Source of the DNA: Eledone cirrhosa | Taxonomy: Eukaryota | Assembly (NCBI GenBank): GCA_964016885.1 | Contig: OZ024751.1 | Span: forward strand, 21,762,001 to 21,826,000 | Length of the DNA: 64,000 nt | Direction of reading: 5' to 3' | Shown: in pieces, positions 11,255 through 24,768 of the stretch | Position numbering within the stretch: the stretch's first letter is position 1 | How the letters are laid out: each line of letters opens with the position of its first letter | Made by a program: the position numbers and the translations under genes | Notes under the pieces: generated by a model | Seen by the model: only the letters and a program-made list of their open reading frames with translations | Databases searched by the model: none | What the model was told of the DNA's origin: nothing

Positions 11255-14200
11255 AGAGAGAGAGATATGAACTTCATATGATGTGAAATTATATGCATGT
11301 CTTTCATTATTTATCTTTTATAGTGTGAAGCTATATATCAGAAGAGAACATTAGCTTTCCTCAACCATTTTATCACACACACTGTACGATTTTTGAACAA
11401 ATTCTCTGGAGTATGTGAAGAAAAACTCGAAACAATGTCCTATCGCATACAAAGGCTTGAGATTATGATGAATATTTTAGAAGCAAAAGTAAGTATTGTT
11501 AAAAGGAATTTTCTCCAGCACAGCATCTCCGCTTGTTTTTTTTCACCTTTGTCATATCTTTTGTGATCATATCATCTTGAGATCAGCCTTCACCACATTT
11601 GCCCAGGTCTTACTTTCCCTTAGATTCCTTCTACTTGGAGCTCCTGACATTTCTTCACCCAATAGTTATCACTCATGTACATTGCTTGCTTGTACTACCT
11701 CAATCTTTTCTTCTACATACCATATATGATTCCTGTTTTACACAGTTTTTCTCTCAAATCATCAGTGCTTCATCATTCTTGTACACTAAAATTATACATC
11801 CAGCAGAGCATATTCAATTCATTATTTTCTAGCCTTCACATGTCCTCCCAGCCTTCACATGTCCTCCTAGCCTTCACATGTCCTCCTATTCATTGCTCAG
11901 GTCTCCCTACCATGCAGCATTGCACTATGTACGCAGGTATCACACATCTTTTATGCCCACTTATTCCTGGGAGGTTCATGGGGGTAGAATCCTCAAGCAT
12001 GCCTTCCAACGGATCCTGTCAGAAGCAACCATCTGTAATTGATATAGCTGGAACCCCATGATAAAATGCACTGAGTACACCCTGTAAAGTGGGTAGCATA
12101 GTAAGCGTAACCAGCTGTAGAGACAATACCAAAATATTGAATGTAAGGGCAAAATGTGGTTATCCAGACCATGAAGATTTGTCCAACCCATATCAACATG
12201 GAAAACAGATTTAAAATGATAATGATGATGATGATGATGATATTGTATTCTAAATCACATATGTTCCATTTTGTTGTATATTTTATTGTAATTTTTTCTT
12301 TTACAGTTATCATCCATTCCGGGGTTAGAAAATGTAGTAGCCCCAACATCTGAGAGCACAACACCCTCTGCTGTTGCCAGCACTCCTTCCAAAGAGGCTG
12401 AACCTGTACAACAACCACCCCAAGTAGGTTTTCACTTAAAAAATACATGAAAGTCTTCTTCACACTGCCAATATAGAATTGGCAGTGTGTTAGAGAGTCG
12501 TAGAAATGCTTAGCAGTATTTGTACTGACTCTACCTTCTGTTTTCAAATCCCACCAAAGTTAACTTTGCCTTTCATCTTTCTATGGTCGATAAGATAAAG
12601 TACCTGTAAAGTACTGGAGTCGATATAATCAACTTACCCCATCTAAATTAGAAACCACTGTTTTCTAAGCCTCTTAAGGCAGTACCACAGAGGAGATATA
12701 GTGATTTCCTGGTTAGGTAAATCCACAGCCCAGGTTTCAATTCACAGGGTGGTAAACCTAATCGAGGGGAGATAACTAGTATCTGCAACTGAACCCCACA
12801 CCCATAACACATTCAAACGCACGTCTTCCCAATCACAGCTGACTCGGGAATAAACAATAACAGCTTGACTATCTATGAGCTCTCCTCTTTGATTCTAACA
12901 TATATATATGTATGCACATATAACCCCTGATGGAGTTATAGAGGCACCGTAATAACATACAGTGTGTCTTGAGCATTTTGAACCTGGCGGAGCTCATCCC
13001 CTCTCCAGGTCTGAACACAATTGATTTCTTCTAGAATGTGAGAAAGAGATATAGAGGTAGAATCTACCTCAGTACTGGACTGATACTTATCAACCCTCGA
13101 AAGGATGAAAGACAGAGTTGATCTCAACAGGTTTTGAGCACAGAAAGCCAGAACGAAATTCACAAAGTATTCCATCCGACGTTCTAACAACTCTAATAAT
13201 TTGCTGCCTAACACTATCATGAAGAATAGATAATATTTCTGTCTAAATACATCCATGTTATTCCACTAATTTAGAGTTTTCTAAGATTTATTTGATATTT
13301 TGTTGCTACAGGGAGCCACACCAAGTGCTGCAACAACAACAACACCAACAGCAGCAGCCACGCCACCAACACCAGCAGCTGCCCCATCATCAACTCCTGA
13401 GAAACCAAAGAAGACCGTTTCTCAAGATCCAAGATTCATGAAGTATTTCAAGATGTTGTCTGTGGTGAGTATGTATGTGTGTGTCTGTTTATGTGGTATG
13501 TGTGTATAATAATAATAATGAAATTATTGTGTAAAGTGCTCAGGTGCACTACAACTCGTCAAAGGTGTATGTATAGTACATAGAATAATACACAAATGTC
13601 AGGGAAGTGAATAGTGTATGAGTCATGGTATACATGTGTGTATGTGTATGGAGGGGGAACATTAGCTGTAGTGTTGGCGGATCTCGGGAAGCATGGAGGC
13701 CTTAAAAGATGCAATGTCTCGACAGCTAACAACTGATGCAGGTAGTTTGTTCCATGGAGGCCTTAAAGGATGCAGTGTCTCGACAGCTAACAACTGATGC
13801 AGGTAGTTTGTTCCATGAAGGTTTTAAAGGATGCAGTGTTTCAACAGCTAACAACTGATGCAGGTAGTTTGTTCCATGCTTCAGCAACTCTGAGCGTGAA
13901 AAAATGTTTCCGAAAGTCATGGGAACTGTGCTGTTTTCTGACTTTGTGGGCATGTCCACGTGTGTTAGACACATGGAAATCAAAAAGGTACTCAGGGTTG
14001 TTGTTGGCAAGATGGTTAACAATTTTGTGGGTGTTTACCAAGTCAGTTGCCAGGCGTCGGAGCTTCAATGTATCCATGCCCAGGGAAGCAAGGCGCTCAG
14101 AGTATGGTAGATGCCTGATGGAGGGTATTCGCTTGGTTGCACGTCTCTGAACAGTTTCCAGGCGGTCAATGCTCTGAGCAAGATAGGGGTTCCAGACTGG

Positions 14201-15174
14201 TGATGCAAATTCTAAGTGTGGCCGCACCACAGCTATATACAGCTTTAAATAGATAGCTGGAGAGTGGCTGACAAAGGTCTTGCTGAGTGATGCTAAGACA
14301 CCCTCGGCCCTCTTGACAATTTTAGAGACGTGCTTCGTCCAACGCAAATCGCTGCTGACCGTAATGCCCAAGTCACGTTCACAAGAAGACTTCTTGATAT
14401 TAGTACTGTGGAGGGGTATAACTTCATTATCATTTAACTCTTCCCTTTCTCTATGTCAAACCCATGTAAGCATGGAAAAACAGGTGTAAAAACGATGATG
14501 ATGATATATATATATTTCTTTGGTCATAGTTTGTGTTCATTTTACTGTCTCTCTCTATATAACATTATCATTGTCATTTAATATCCAAATATGTATATAT
14601 ATCATCATCATTGTTTAACGTCTATCTTCCATGCTAGCATGGGTTTAGACGGGAATTGTCCCACTTGAGGCAAGATTGGTCGGGAAACCGTGTCTCGCTT
14701 GTATAGGACTGTCTGGCAGGTTTTCTACGGCTGGATGCCCTTCCTAACGCCAACCACATTTACAGTGTGGACTGGGAGGTTTTTACCATGTTACTTACAC
14801 AGCCACATTACAGCGTGGACTGCATTTTTTTTGTCGTGACACCTAGACGACCTCATTTATTTTGGACTGGTTGTTGTGGTACCAACATAACTTTACAGGC
14901 AAAGGGTGGTGTTGGGGGGGGGGGGGGTAGTGGGATGGGGGTGTCCAGGGAGTGTAACGTGAAGTTACTGTAGGTTCATCCAGGTGAGCACTCGATGTTT
15001 AGCTTCACGTCAGTGGAGAGGTGTCATTCTGTCATTACTATAACAGAGGTCCGACGACCTTTTGATTCCAGAGTCAGGTCAGATCGATACAGATCAAACC
15101 TTGAGCTGATCAATAGCGAAATGCGCATCACCAATCAATAAATGTAATGAAGGCATAACAAATCGTCCTTGTAT

Positions 15175-15205
<31 letters not shown>

Positions 15206-17105
15206 CAAGCAAATTATAAACGTAAACATGTAAGTATGTTTTTGAAGCGGTGCGCAAGTTTGAAATTAGAAATTATAAGCTTTCACCGTATTTTAGACTA
15301 AAGAAATTTCTAGCCTGATAGTGGGGTTTATAACCCTCGGAGAAATGGAAAAAGATGAGTGTTGCCGTACATGGGAGTCGAACCCACATCTTTGGTTATC
15401 CAGACCACTGTGCTGGATATATATATATATACATACATACATATGTGTGTCTCTGTAGTTTTTATCCTTTCTCTCTCTCTCTCTCCTTTTTACTGATGAT
15501 ATGCTAATTATTTTTTCATTGCTTTCATTTTCGTTTAATGCCTATGTTTCCTTTTGCACTGGGTTCACTTTATCGCTGCCTGTCATAAGAGGCAAGTAAA
15601 TGGGTAAGTGTAATGAGGGGAATCAGGTTCTAAAACATCTGGCAGTGTCCTTCACTATAAATATGGTGACAAAAGGAAGGTGAGTGTGCTTTGTAGATGT
15701 TGTAATAACTTAGACATCTCTTTATCTTGTAGGGTGTACCAGAACCTGCCGTCAAGATAAAAATGCGACAAGAAGGCCTGGATCCAAGCTTATTAGAGTA
15801 AGTACATACACACGCATGTAAGTGCGTTATATTACACACAACACACAACACACACAGTGTTTTACATTGAACAATTGTGTCAATGTATACAATTTACACA
15901 CCAACACACTCACACACATGACAATGAGTAACAACTACACACCAACACACTCACATACATGACAATGTGTAACAACTACACACCAACACACTCACACACA
16001 TGACAATGTGTAACAACTACACACCAACACACTCACATACATGACAATGTGTAACAACTACACACCAACACACTCACATACATGACAATGTGTAACAACT
16101 ACACACCAACACACTCACATACATGACAATGTGTAACAACTACACACCAACACACTCACACACATGACAATGTGTAACAACTACACACCAACACAAATGT
16201 CAGTGTATAACATACACAAACCAAACATACCACAAAAATAAACTGATGTTTAGAACCAAAGCAAACAATTCAATATAATTGATTTTTTTATAATAATAAT
16301 AATGAAATTATTGTGTAGAGTGCTCAGGTGCACTACAACTCATCAAAGGTGCATGTATAGTACATAGAATAATATACAAATGTCAGGGAAGTGAATAGTG
16401 TATGAGTCATGATATACATGTGTGTATGTGTATGAAGGGGGAACGTTAGGTGTAGTGTTGGCGAATCTCGGGAAGCATGGAGGTTTTAAAGGATGCAGTG
16501 TCTCGACAGCTAACAACTGATACAGGTAGTTTATTCCATACTTCAGCAACTCTGAGCGTGAAAAGATGTTTCCAAAAGTCATGGGAACTGTGCTGTTTTT
16601 TGACTTTGTGGGCATGCCCACGTGTGTTAGACACATGGAAATCAAAAAGGTACTCAGGGTTGTTGTTGGCAAGATGGTTAATAATTTTGTGGGTGCTTAC
16701 CAAGTCAGTTGCCAGGCGTCGGAGCTTCAATGTATCCATGCCCAGGGAAGCAAGGCGTTCAGAGTATGGTAGATGCCTGATGAAGGGTATTCGCTTGGTT
16801 GCACGTCTCTGAACAGTTTCCAGGTGGTCAATGTTCTGAGCAAGATAGGGGTTCCAGACTGGTGATGCAAATTCTAAGTGTGACCGCACCATAGCTATAT
16901 ACAGCTTTAAATAGATAGCTGGAGAGCGGCTGACAAAGGTCTTGATTTTTTTCATTTAATTTTTCTCCTCCCTAATTAATTGAAATCTTTAATTTGTTCT
17001 TCCAGCAACCCCAAAGCTCCAACTCCTCCTGATAATAGTGGCGGTGGCAGTGATAACTCTACAAAAGACAATGATTCCAGTGATAGCGATGACTTCAGTG
17101 ACTAA
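9954..17105 (+). CDS. WASHC3: WASH complex subunit 3 (CCDC53), complete spliced CDS, 216 aa
   Basis: join(9954..10004,11324..11488,12307..12423,13312..13464,15733..15797,17006..17105). All introns are GT-AG and the frame is continuous. MDSDGLPLVGTGIDYTK...QKRTLAFLNHF...LSSIPGL...DPRFMKYFKMLSVGVP...EGLDP...DFSD* matches CCDC53. Confidence 0.96.
10850..10972 (-). mobile_element. SINE fragment with V-domain-like motif
   Basis: The - strand reads CCTGCGATGGACTGGCGTCCTATCCAGGG; a related piece lies at ~57790-57835. Confidence 0.45.
11107..11218. repeat. Perfect 55-bp-arm palindrome with 2-nt spacer
   Basis: ATAGGAACC...GGCTAATTC-CA-GAATTAGCC...GGTTCCTAT. Confidence 0.95.
11324..11488 (+). CDS. 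WASHC3: WASHC3 exon 2
   Basis: CEAIYQKRTLAFLNHFITHTVRFLNKFSGVCEEKLETMSYRIQRLEIMMNILEAK; TAG acceptor, GTAAGT donor. Confidence 0.95.
12307..12423 (+). CDS. WASHC3: WASHC3 exon 3
   Basis: LSSIPGLENVVAP...VQQPPQ; TTACAG acceptor, GTAGGT donor. Confidence 0.9.
13312..13464 (+). CDS. WASHC3: WASHC3 exon 4
   Basis: GATPSAA...KKTVSQDPRFMKYFKMLSV; CAG acceptor, GTGAGT donor. Confidence 0.93.
13510..14400 (-). mobile_element. CR1/L2-group LINE 3' fragment (RT C-terminus, 3'UTR, (ATT)n tail) with internal ~56-bp triplication
   Basis: RPHLEFASPVWNPY...LETVQRRATK...SNTRGH...[14 protein letters not shown]; repeated block at ~13690-13880. Confidence 0.9.
15048..15132 (+). ncRNA. Degenerate hammerhead ribozyme-like motif (same family)
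   Basis: ggt-CCGACGA-...-GAAAT-GCGC-ATC-acc. Confidence 0.45.
15733..15797 (+). CDS. WASHC3: WASHC3 exon 5
   Basis: GVPEPAVKIKMRQEGLDPSLL(D); GTAAGT donor. Confidence 0.94.
15895..16195 (+). repeat. 41-bp minisatellite, about 7 copies
   Basis: CTACACACCAACACACTCACATACATGACAATGTGTAACAA. Confidence 0.93.
16290..16945 (-). mobile_element. CR1/L2-group LINE 3' fragment, second copy
   Basis: Near-identical to 13510-14400; ORF 16446-16955. Confidence 0.9.
17006..17105 (+). CDS. WASHC3: WASHC3 exon 6 (terminal coding part)
   Basis: NPKAPTPPD...DSDDFSD*; acidic C-terminus as in CCDC53. Confidence 0.92.
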
Positions 17106-17219
17106 ATCTACCCAAGAGTATGTTAGTATGTGTGTGTGTATGTATGAAGTAGTGTTGTAGAGGTTGTGGTGGTGATGTTGGGGGAATACTTACTCTGGAC
17201 TTGTGTAGGTATTCCCCAC

Positions 17220-17690
17220 TGACGTATATCACTTCACCCCACCCCCTACTGACATATATAATGACCTCACCCACACCCCCTGACATATAGAATGACCTGA
17301 CCCACACCCCCTGACATATAGAATGACCTGACCCACACACCCGCTGACATATAGAATGACCTGACCCACACACCCGCTGACATATAGAATGAGCTGACCC
17401 ACACCCCCTAGCATATGTAATGACCTGACCCACACACCCACTGGTATATGTAATGACCTGAGCCACACCCCCTGACATATATAATGACCTGACCCACACC
17501 CCCTAGCATATGTAATGACCTGACCCACACACCCCCCTGACATATATAATGACCTGACCCACACCCCCTAGCATATATAATGACCTGACCCACACACCCA
17601 CTGGCATATGTAATGACCTGACCCACACACCCACTGGTATATGTAATGACCTGACCCACACACCCACTGACATATAATGACCTCACTCAC
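17220..17690 (+). repeat. 31-35-bp minisatellite just 3' of the WASHC3 stop codon
   Basis: Unit ~CATATATAATGACCTGACCCACACCCCCTGA, about 14 copies. Confidence 0.93.
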
Positions 17691-18040
17691 AATGGAGGAA
17701 AACCATGCAACACTCCATCCCTACAACCCACTGCAACATGTGTGGACTGTTTGAGTGTAGGGGTACCAGTTTTGTAATATAAATATTGCAGTCAACCAGT
17801 AAACACTCCAACTGGATTGATAAAATGTAGAGAATTTTAGAAAACAGATTTTTATTTTATTAAATTTGTTTTTGTTTTGTTTTGTTTCTTTTCAAATAAA
17901 AAGATCCTGTCTTAAATGCAGGCTAATATGTTATACCATATATTATTTGTAAACTCTTCTTTGTATTTTATTAATTATATTATTATTATTATTAATATTA
18001 TTCTGAGCTCAAATTCCACTAAGGCTTGCTTTGCCTTTCA

Positions 18041-18520
18041 TCCTTAAGGGGTCGATAAAATAAAGTACCAGTAACACACATCCTTACGGGGTCGATAAAA
18101 TAAAGTACCAGTAACACACATCCTTAAGGGGTCGATAAAATAAAGTACCAGTAACACACATCCTTAAGGGGTCGATAAAATAAAGTACCAGTAACACACA
18201 TCCTTAAGGGGTCGATAAAATAAAGTACCAGTAACACACATCCTTACGGGGTCGATAAAATAAAGTACCAGTAACACACATCCTTAAGGGGTCGATAAAA
18301 TAAAGTACCAGTAACACACATCCTTAAGGGGTCGATAAAATAAAGTACCAGTAACACACATCCTTACGGGGTCGATAAAATAAAGTACCAGTAACACACA
18401 TCCTTACGGGGTCGATAAAATAAAGTACCAGTAACACACATCCTTAAGGGGTCGATAAAATAAAGTACCAGTAACACACATCCTTAAGGGGTCGATAAAA
18501 TAAAGTACCAGTAACACACA
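18041..18520 (+). repeat. 12 x 40-bp tandem array derived from a SINE interior
   Basis: Unit TCCTTA(A/C)GGGGTCGATAAAATAAAGTACCAGTAACACACA, with no spacers. Confidence 0.97.
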
Positions 18521-20529
18521 CACTGGGGTCAATTTAATCGACTTTCTCCTTCCATTCAAATTGCTGGTCCTGTGCCAAAAGTAGAAACCATTATCATTAT
18601 TCTGAGCTCAAATCCCACTGAGGTTAACTTTGCATTTCATCCTTCTGTTGTTGATAAAATAAAGTACCAGTGATGTTCTAGGGTTCATATAATTGACTTT
18701 CCCCTCCTCCCAAATTTGCTGGTCTTGTGTCTAAATTAGAAACCATTATTATTAATAGTACCAGTAATGTACTGGGTAATTGCTGGCCTTGTGCCTAAAG
18801 TAGAAACAATTATTATTAATAGTAGTAATAGTAAAAGGATGGTGAATTGGCAGAATCAGTAGAGCATCAAATAAAATGTGGTGTTTCTCCCAAGATCTGT
18901 GTTCTGAGTTCAAATCCTACCAAGGTCAATTTTGCAATTTCAACCTTCCATGGTCATTAAGATATATTACTATGACTATACACTTCCATCCCCAACAAGC
19001 AAAAATGTCTGTTAGAAATTATTATTGTTATTATAATCATTATTTTTACTGGCACTGAATTAAATGTGTTAGGGCATTTAGTTTTGTCCATCTTGGTTCC
19101 AAGTTTAAATCTTTTCTGGGTCAACATATGCTTTCATTTCTCCAATCAAAAAAATGAAAACAACTTCCCATAATATATTTGAGGTTATTCAATTTTCTAT
19201 ACTATACATACTCTAATACAAATTTAAGTTATTTTAACACTCCATTTTTATTATTATTACTAATCCTAAAGTAAAAGTATATGGCCTAGTGCTTTAAGTG
19301 TTATTGGACATACAGTTATAAAATCATGGATGCAATTTCTGTTTCGGATAGTACATTGCATTTTTGAGCAAGGCACTTCATTTTACGCCACTCAAATATA
19401 TTCAGCTGAAAAAATGAGTACCACTAGAGGCAGGAAACGACTGTCTGTGAGTGACTTTATACTGATACAGACACTTGTGTTTCAGGACTTTTTAATCCAT
19501 CATCAGTGGTGTTGAGAGCAAAAGGGCCAAGTGGCTAACATAATAAATATGAAAAAATTAAATAAATCATTTCAAAAATAAACATTCAAGGTAATGAATA
19601 TACTGGGGAAATAAATTATAAATAAAAGCTGTAGGAAATGGCAAAGGGTCTGCAAAATTGTTAGAGCATCAGGCAAAATGCTTTGTGTTGTTTAGTTAAG
19701 ACACCTTAACGCTGAGTACAAGTACTGGGCTTGATTTAATATTCTTACAAAGCATTATTGATGTAAAGAAAACTGTAGAGCTGTCTAGCTCCTGAACGGG
19801 ACAACTAAACAGACCCATGCTAGCATGGAAAACTATACAACTGTCTGGTTTCTGAATATGACAACTTGTCAGACCCATGCTGGTAAGGAAAACTGTATAA
19901 AAATATTACTTATGCATCTATTCCTGTTTTATATGTTGTTTTTTTTACCCTTCATATATTTTTATATCATATATAATGTATAAATATCTCTTTAAAAAAA
20001 AAACGAAAGAAATATCCAGAAATGTTGTTTTACTGCGTTGTTCTTTCATCATCATTATCATCATTATAGCTGTTTTGAAGGAAATATTCTATGGCTAACT
20101 ACTGTTCCTGACACCAGTCTTTATTTTTGTGTGGTACTTATTCCACTGATCTTCTGTTGTTGGACTGCTAAATTAAAGGACATTGATATATGACACAGGT
20201 TGAAGATGTGTCAATGTGAAGATATACACAGAGACACAAACACACAGATATATATATGTGTGTGTGTATGTATGTATATGTATATGTGTGAAAAGTATAC
20301 AGAAAAAACACATGATGAGGTTCAATGAAGATATATATTAGTTTCACGCTTAATATAGTAGGAATAGTCATAATGTTTTGGATGCTAGTCTGTCATCAGA
20401 ACATAGAATGAGAAATTAAAGAAAAAATAGAGAGAGGAAATTGAACAGGGGGGCAGAAATGAAAAAAATTTCTTTGAGAAAAAGCAGATCTGTTCATTCA
20501 CCATCTCTTGGATCGTTAAACTAATATAT

Positions 20530-21235
20530 TTCTCTACCATTTCACAAGGTGTACTGGGTGTATTTTATTGAAGTTCCAGCACTACCATCTCACAGGGTGT
20601 ACTGGGTGCATTTTATTGTGGCTCCAGCACTACCATCTTACAGAGTGTACTGGATGCATTTTATTGAGGCACCAGCTCTACCATTTTACAGGGTGTACTG
20701 GGTGTATTTTATTGAAGCACCAGCACTACCATCTTACAGGGTGTACTGGGTGCATTTTATTGTGGCTCCAGCATTACCATTTTACTTAGTGGTTAGAGCA
20801 TTGGGTTTGCAATCGAAAGGTTGTGAGTTTGATTCTCGGACTGGGTGATGAGTTGTGTCCTTGTGAAAGACACTTTATTTCACATTGCTCCAGTTTACTC
20901 AGCTGTAGAAATAAGTTGCAACGTCACTGGTGCCAAACAGTATCGGCCATAGCCTTTCCCTTGGACATCATCGGTGGTGTGGAGAGGGGAGGTTGGTATG
21001 CATGGGCGATTGCTGGTCTTCCTGAAACAACTTTGCCCGGACTTGTGCCCAAACTTTTTAGGTGCAAATCACATGGCCATTCGTGACCGAAGAGGGTCTT
21101 CGACTGTGTGCATTTTATTATGGCACCAACAATACCATCTTACAGAGTGTACTGGATGCATTTTACAAAATGGAACCAGCACTACCATCTTGCAGAGTGT
21201 ATTGGGTGCATTTTACAGAGTGGCACCATCACTAG
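20530..21235 (-). repeat. ~48-bp tandem array of the same unit family, interrupted by a SINE
   Basis: CTACCATCTTACAGGGTGTACTGGGTGCATTTTATTGTGGCTCCAGCA units on the + strand. Confidence 0.85.
20786..21104 (+). mobile_element. tRNA-derived SINE inserted in a ~48-bp tandem array
   Basis: Same head as the 55.3 kb SINE with a different body; interrupts the array at 20530-21235. Confidence 0.7.
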
Positions 21236-21304
21236 AGACTTTGTCATGTACTTGATATTAACAAGTCCTCTCTACCCTATATTGTATCATAGAACCAGGG
21301 TTAA

Positions 21305-21380
21305 ATAAAAACACAAAATACAAAAATAAATTCAAATATACAAAACCATTTGTATATTTTTTTTATTAGTTTTATTTTTT
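21305..21380 (-). terminator. Candidate distal CSTF3 3'-end poly(A) signal
   Basis: On the - strand: AATAAAACTAATAAA followed by U/GU-rich TTTTGTATATTTG...TTTTTGTATTTTGTGTTTTT. Confidence 0.4.
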
Positions 21381-24300
21381 TATTTTTCTATCAGAATGTT
21401 AAACCACCAGAATTGTTTTTTTTATTTGTTGATATTTTTAGTGTTGCTTTGTTGATGTTGTTGTTTTCTTTAAAATTAAAGTGAAACAATGAAGTCTATT
21501 TACATATGGACAATTTATTAAAAAAAAATTTTTAATGGATGGGGGTAGTTTTGAGGGTTTTCTTTTTGTTTTTATTTTATTTTTTTTTTTTTTTTTTTTT
21601 TTTTTTGGCAATGGACTTAGCCATCATGACTAAACGGACTAACGAACTGTTGTTCCGTTTTGATTTATATATATAAGTAAACAAAAAAAAATTATTAAAA
21701 AAAATTTGTTAATAAACCAAAAGAAAAAGGCATATAAAAAATGTGGAGCTAACAAAAGTTTATTTGCAGAGATGTCTGTCTGTAATTTAAATGCAACAAA
21801 TTGTTATTTTTCTTAAATTAAATTTAATAAGAAATTACCACAAATGAAAAATGTTATTAATACTTATTTCTTAGATGGGTCTGGGTCACAAGGTCAGAGG
21901 TCATAAATTTAATAGATTAGACTGAGATTGTGTGAGTGTGTGTGTGGTTTATATTCCTTCCTCAATCACTGACATCAACAAAATATTTCATTCCTCCTCC
22001 TCCTCCTCCTCCTCCTCCTCTTCTTCCTCTCCCATACAAATTTTTTAGTGGCGGGAGGTGTAGGGATGGGTTGCTAGCAATCTAAATAAAGATATCAATA
22101 GTTTTATCAAGAAAGTTTTCATTAATAATGAACGAAAACATTATTAACAACAACAACAATAATGATTTATAATTTAGGCGCAAGGCCAGCAATTGGTGGG
22201 GAAAAGAAAGTCGATTATATCGACCCCAGTACTTGACTAGTACTTTATGTTGTTCACCCCAGAAATTTGAAAGGCAAAGCTAACCATGGCAGGATTTGAA
22301 CTCAGAACATAAAGAGTCATGACTAAACACTGCAAAGCATGCTGTCTGATGCTCTGCCAATATACCACCTTTAACAACCATAATAATAATAATGATAATA
22401 GATTCTAATTTAGGTATAAGTCCAGCAATGTTTGGGGTGGGATATGTCGATTAAATCAACTTGCCTACCATAAAGCTGTCTATAACATAAGAAATATGGC
22501 TCTAACTTTGAACCACAAAGATTTATAAATGATGAAAGTTATAATGGGATTTGAAAATATTTAAACATAGAAATAAACCGAAATTAATTCAGTTTATTGA
22601 GAAACTTTCATCATACATAGAAAGGCTAAATCAATTTAGTGCAAAACTTAGGACAGATTAATCTAAATGGGCGAAGATGAGAGGGCATTATGATCAATTG
22701 ATCTGACAATTGATATGACGTTAACGGTGATAGGGGACAGGGAGAGAATTAACTCACATTCATTTCATTAAAACTTCAAACATGATTGGAGATTTTTTTC
22801 AAATGAGATGAGTAAAGATTTACTGGAGTTGGGAAGATGCAGAAATGAAACAAATCTATTGTTATTTTATTTAGTGATGTCGCCATTTTATATATTGTGT
22901 GTGTCTGGCTTAGAATATGTAAACTGTATCCCTGCATGTCATAAGAGGTGACTAAAAGGGTTGGTGCAGAGAAGGGGCATATGGATGTAAAACATATTGC
23001 CTAAAAAAAGACCCCATGATGAATATGAAGCTTGTAATGAGGCCTGCAAGGCTAACTCTTGCTTTAGCAGTGGAAATGGTCTTAAAAAGTGCTTGTCATA
23101 GTTGCAGAAGATAGGGTGTATAATTGAGTTGAACTGAACCACAACTCAAAGCCTGGAATGAAAGACAAAGTTGAACCCAGAGGGATTTTGAAGCCAGAGC
23201 ATAGTATGTGTGTGTGTGTGGGGGGGGGGGGGGGGAGTATACACACTAGTAAATATTGTAAGGCAACATTTAGTCCATTGTGCCATAATTTCTGTCATCC
23301 ACATACATACACACAAATCTTTTCTGAAGAAACAAATAAATTATAATTTTACAGCTCGTATCTGTTGTATGTTTAGTTGGCCTCCTACAACAATGCATCT
23401 CATTGGAGGTTTCTTGGGTGTTTAACAATAGAGACCCCAGTTCTATCATAAAAAGTAATGTGAAATGAAACATCTCACTCAAGAACACAATGCGCTGCCT
23501 GTTCCAGGAATTGAACCCAATCCAACTAGGCCACTAACCTTTTTTGGATAATAATAATGATTTCTTGGCCAGCAATTTTGGGGGAGGGGAAAGTCGATTA
23601 AGTCAACCCCAGTGCGTTACTGGACCTTATTTTATCAAACCCATAAGGATGAAAGGCAAAACTAACTTCGGTGGGATTTGAACTCAGAACGTAGAAAGTT
23701 GTAACTCTATGTCGTAAAGCAAGTTTTTCAATGCTCTACCGATAAACAGTGAAAGCTTCTAATTCTATTTTCAAAATTTTCAATAATAATAATAATAATT
23801 TAACAATAATAATAATTATTATTATTATTATTATTGAAAATTGTGAAAATATAATTAGAAGCTTTCATTGTAAATTGATTACAGAAGATAGTCTAATATT
23901 AGGGCATATGAACCCCAGCAATGGAACAAAATGGGCATTAGTGTGTGTAGGAATCGAACCTACAACACAGGTACAAAGCCAGAAATTTTAAAGGGAGGGA
24001 GAATTAGTTGATTATATCAATCCCAGTGCATTATTTTATACCAACCATCTTCAATTTTCTCCTGGATGAAGCCTTGGAATAAATGGAGAAGAGATAAAAG
24101 CTAAAATACTGCAAGACATTCTATTTCTAGTCCAGTATTCTCCACTCTCCGCCCCTAACCTTTTAACCCTTCTGCTTCCTACCCACATATCCTGTATAAT
24201 ATTCTCTGGAAGAATAATGCTAGCGAACGAAATATGCTTTGTTGTTGTTTTGGGAGGAGGCGAGATGAAGAGAGGAGGGAGAGAGAAGGACCTGTAAACA

Positions 24301-24733
24301 TAACTAAATGATAGAACAATTTTTGTTGTTTTTGTTGGGGCTTTTTTTCTTTTTTGGAGGGGGATTGAAGGTGGGGTGGTCTCTAATGCATCAACATCAA
24401 CAACAGCAACAGCAACATCAACATCAACAACAATGAACAATCCATCCAAGGTCGCTGATCACAGAAGTTAATGTTTATCTCTCACTTTCTTTGTCTTTAT
24501 TATAAAATAATCACACACACACACACACACACATACATACACACTACACAACACACAGACACATACATGCTGACACACTGACACAAACACACACCCACAC
24601 AGAGGCAGCCCTTATGATTTCAGCAGTGGTCAAATTCAGCCATCCTAAAGAGGTAGTATGTTTAACTTTACAAAGAAAAAAATGAATTCAGTTCTAGCAT
24701 CCTCTTTTCAAGTGACAGTGTGTATATATATAT

Positions 24734-24768
<35 letters not shown>

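Noticed and set aside
15355-15418. tRNA-like sequence on the - strand (GGTTCGACTCCC B-box)
   Set aside because: The 5' half and A-box are truncated at a (TA)n tract and there is no full cloverleaf; probably a SINE or repeat head.
17095-17686. Repetitive Gly/Cys/Val ORFs on the - strand
   Set aside because: They are translations of the 31-35-bp minisatellite.
18041-18520. CRISPR-like regular array
   Set aside because: Units are head-to-tail with no unique spacers, derive from a SINE interior, and the context is eukaryotic with no cas genes.
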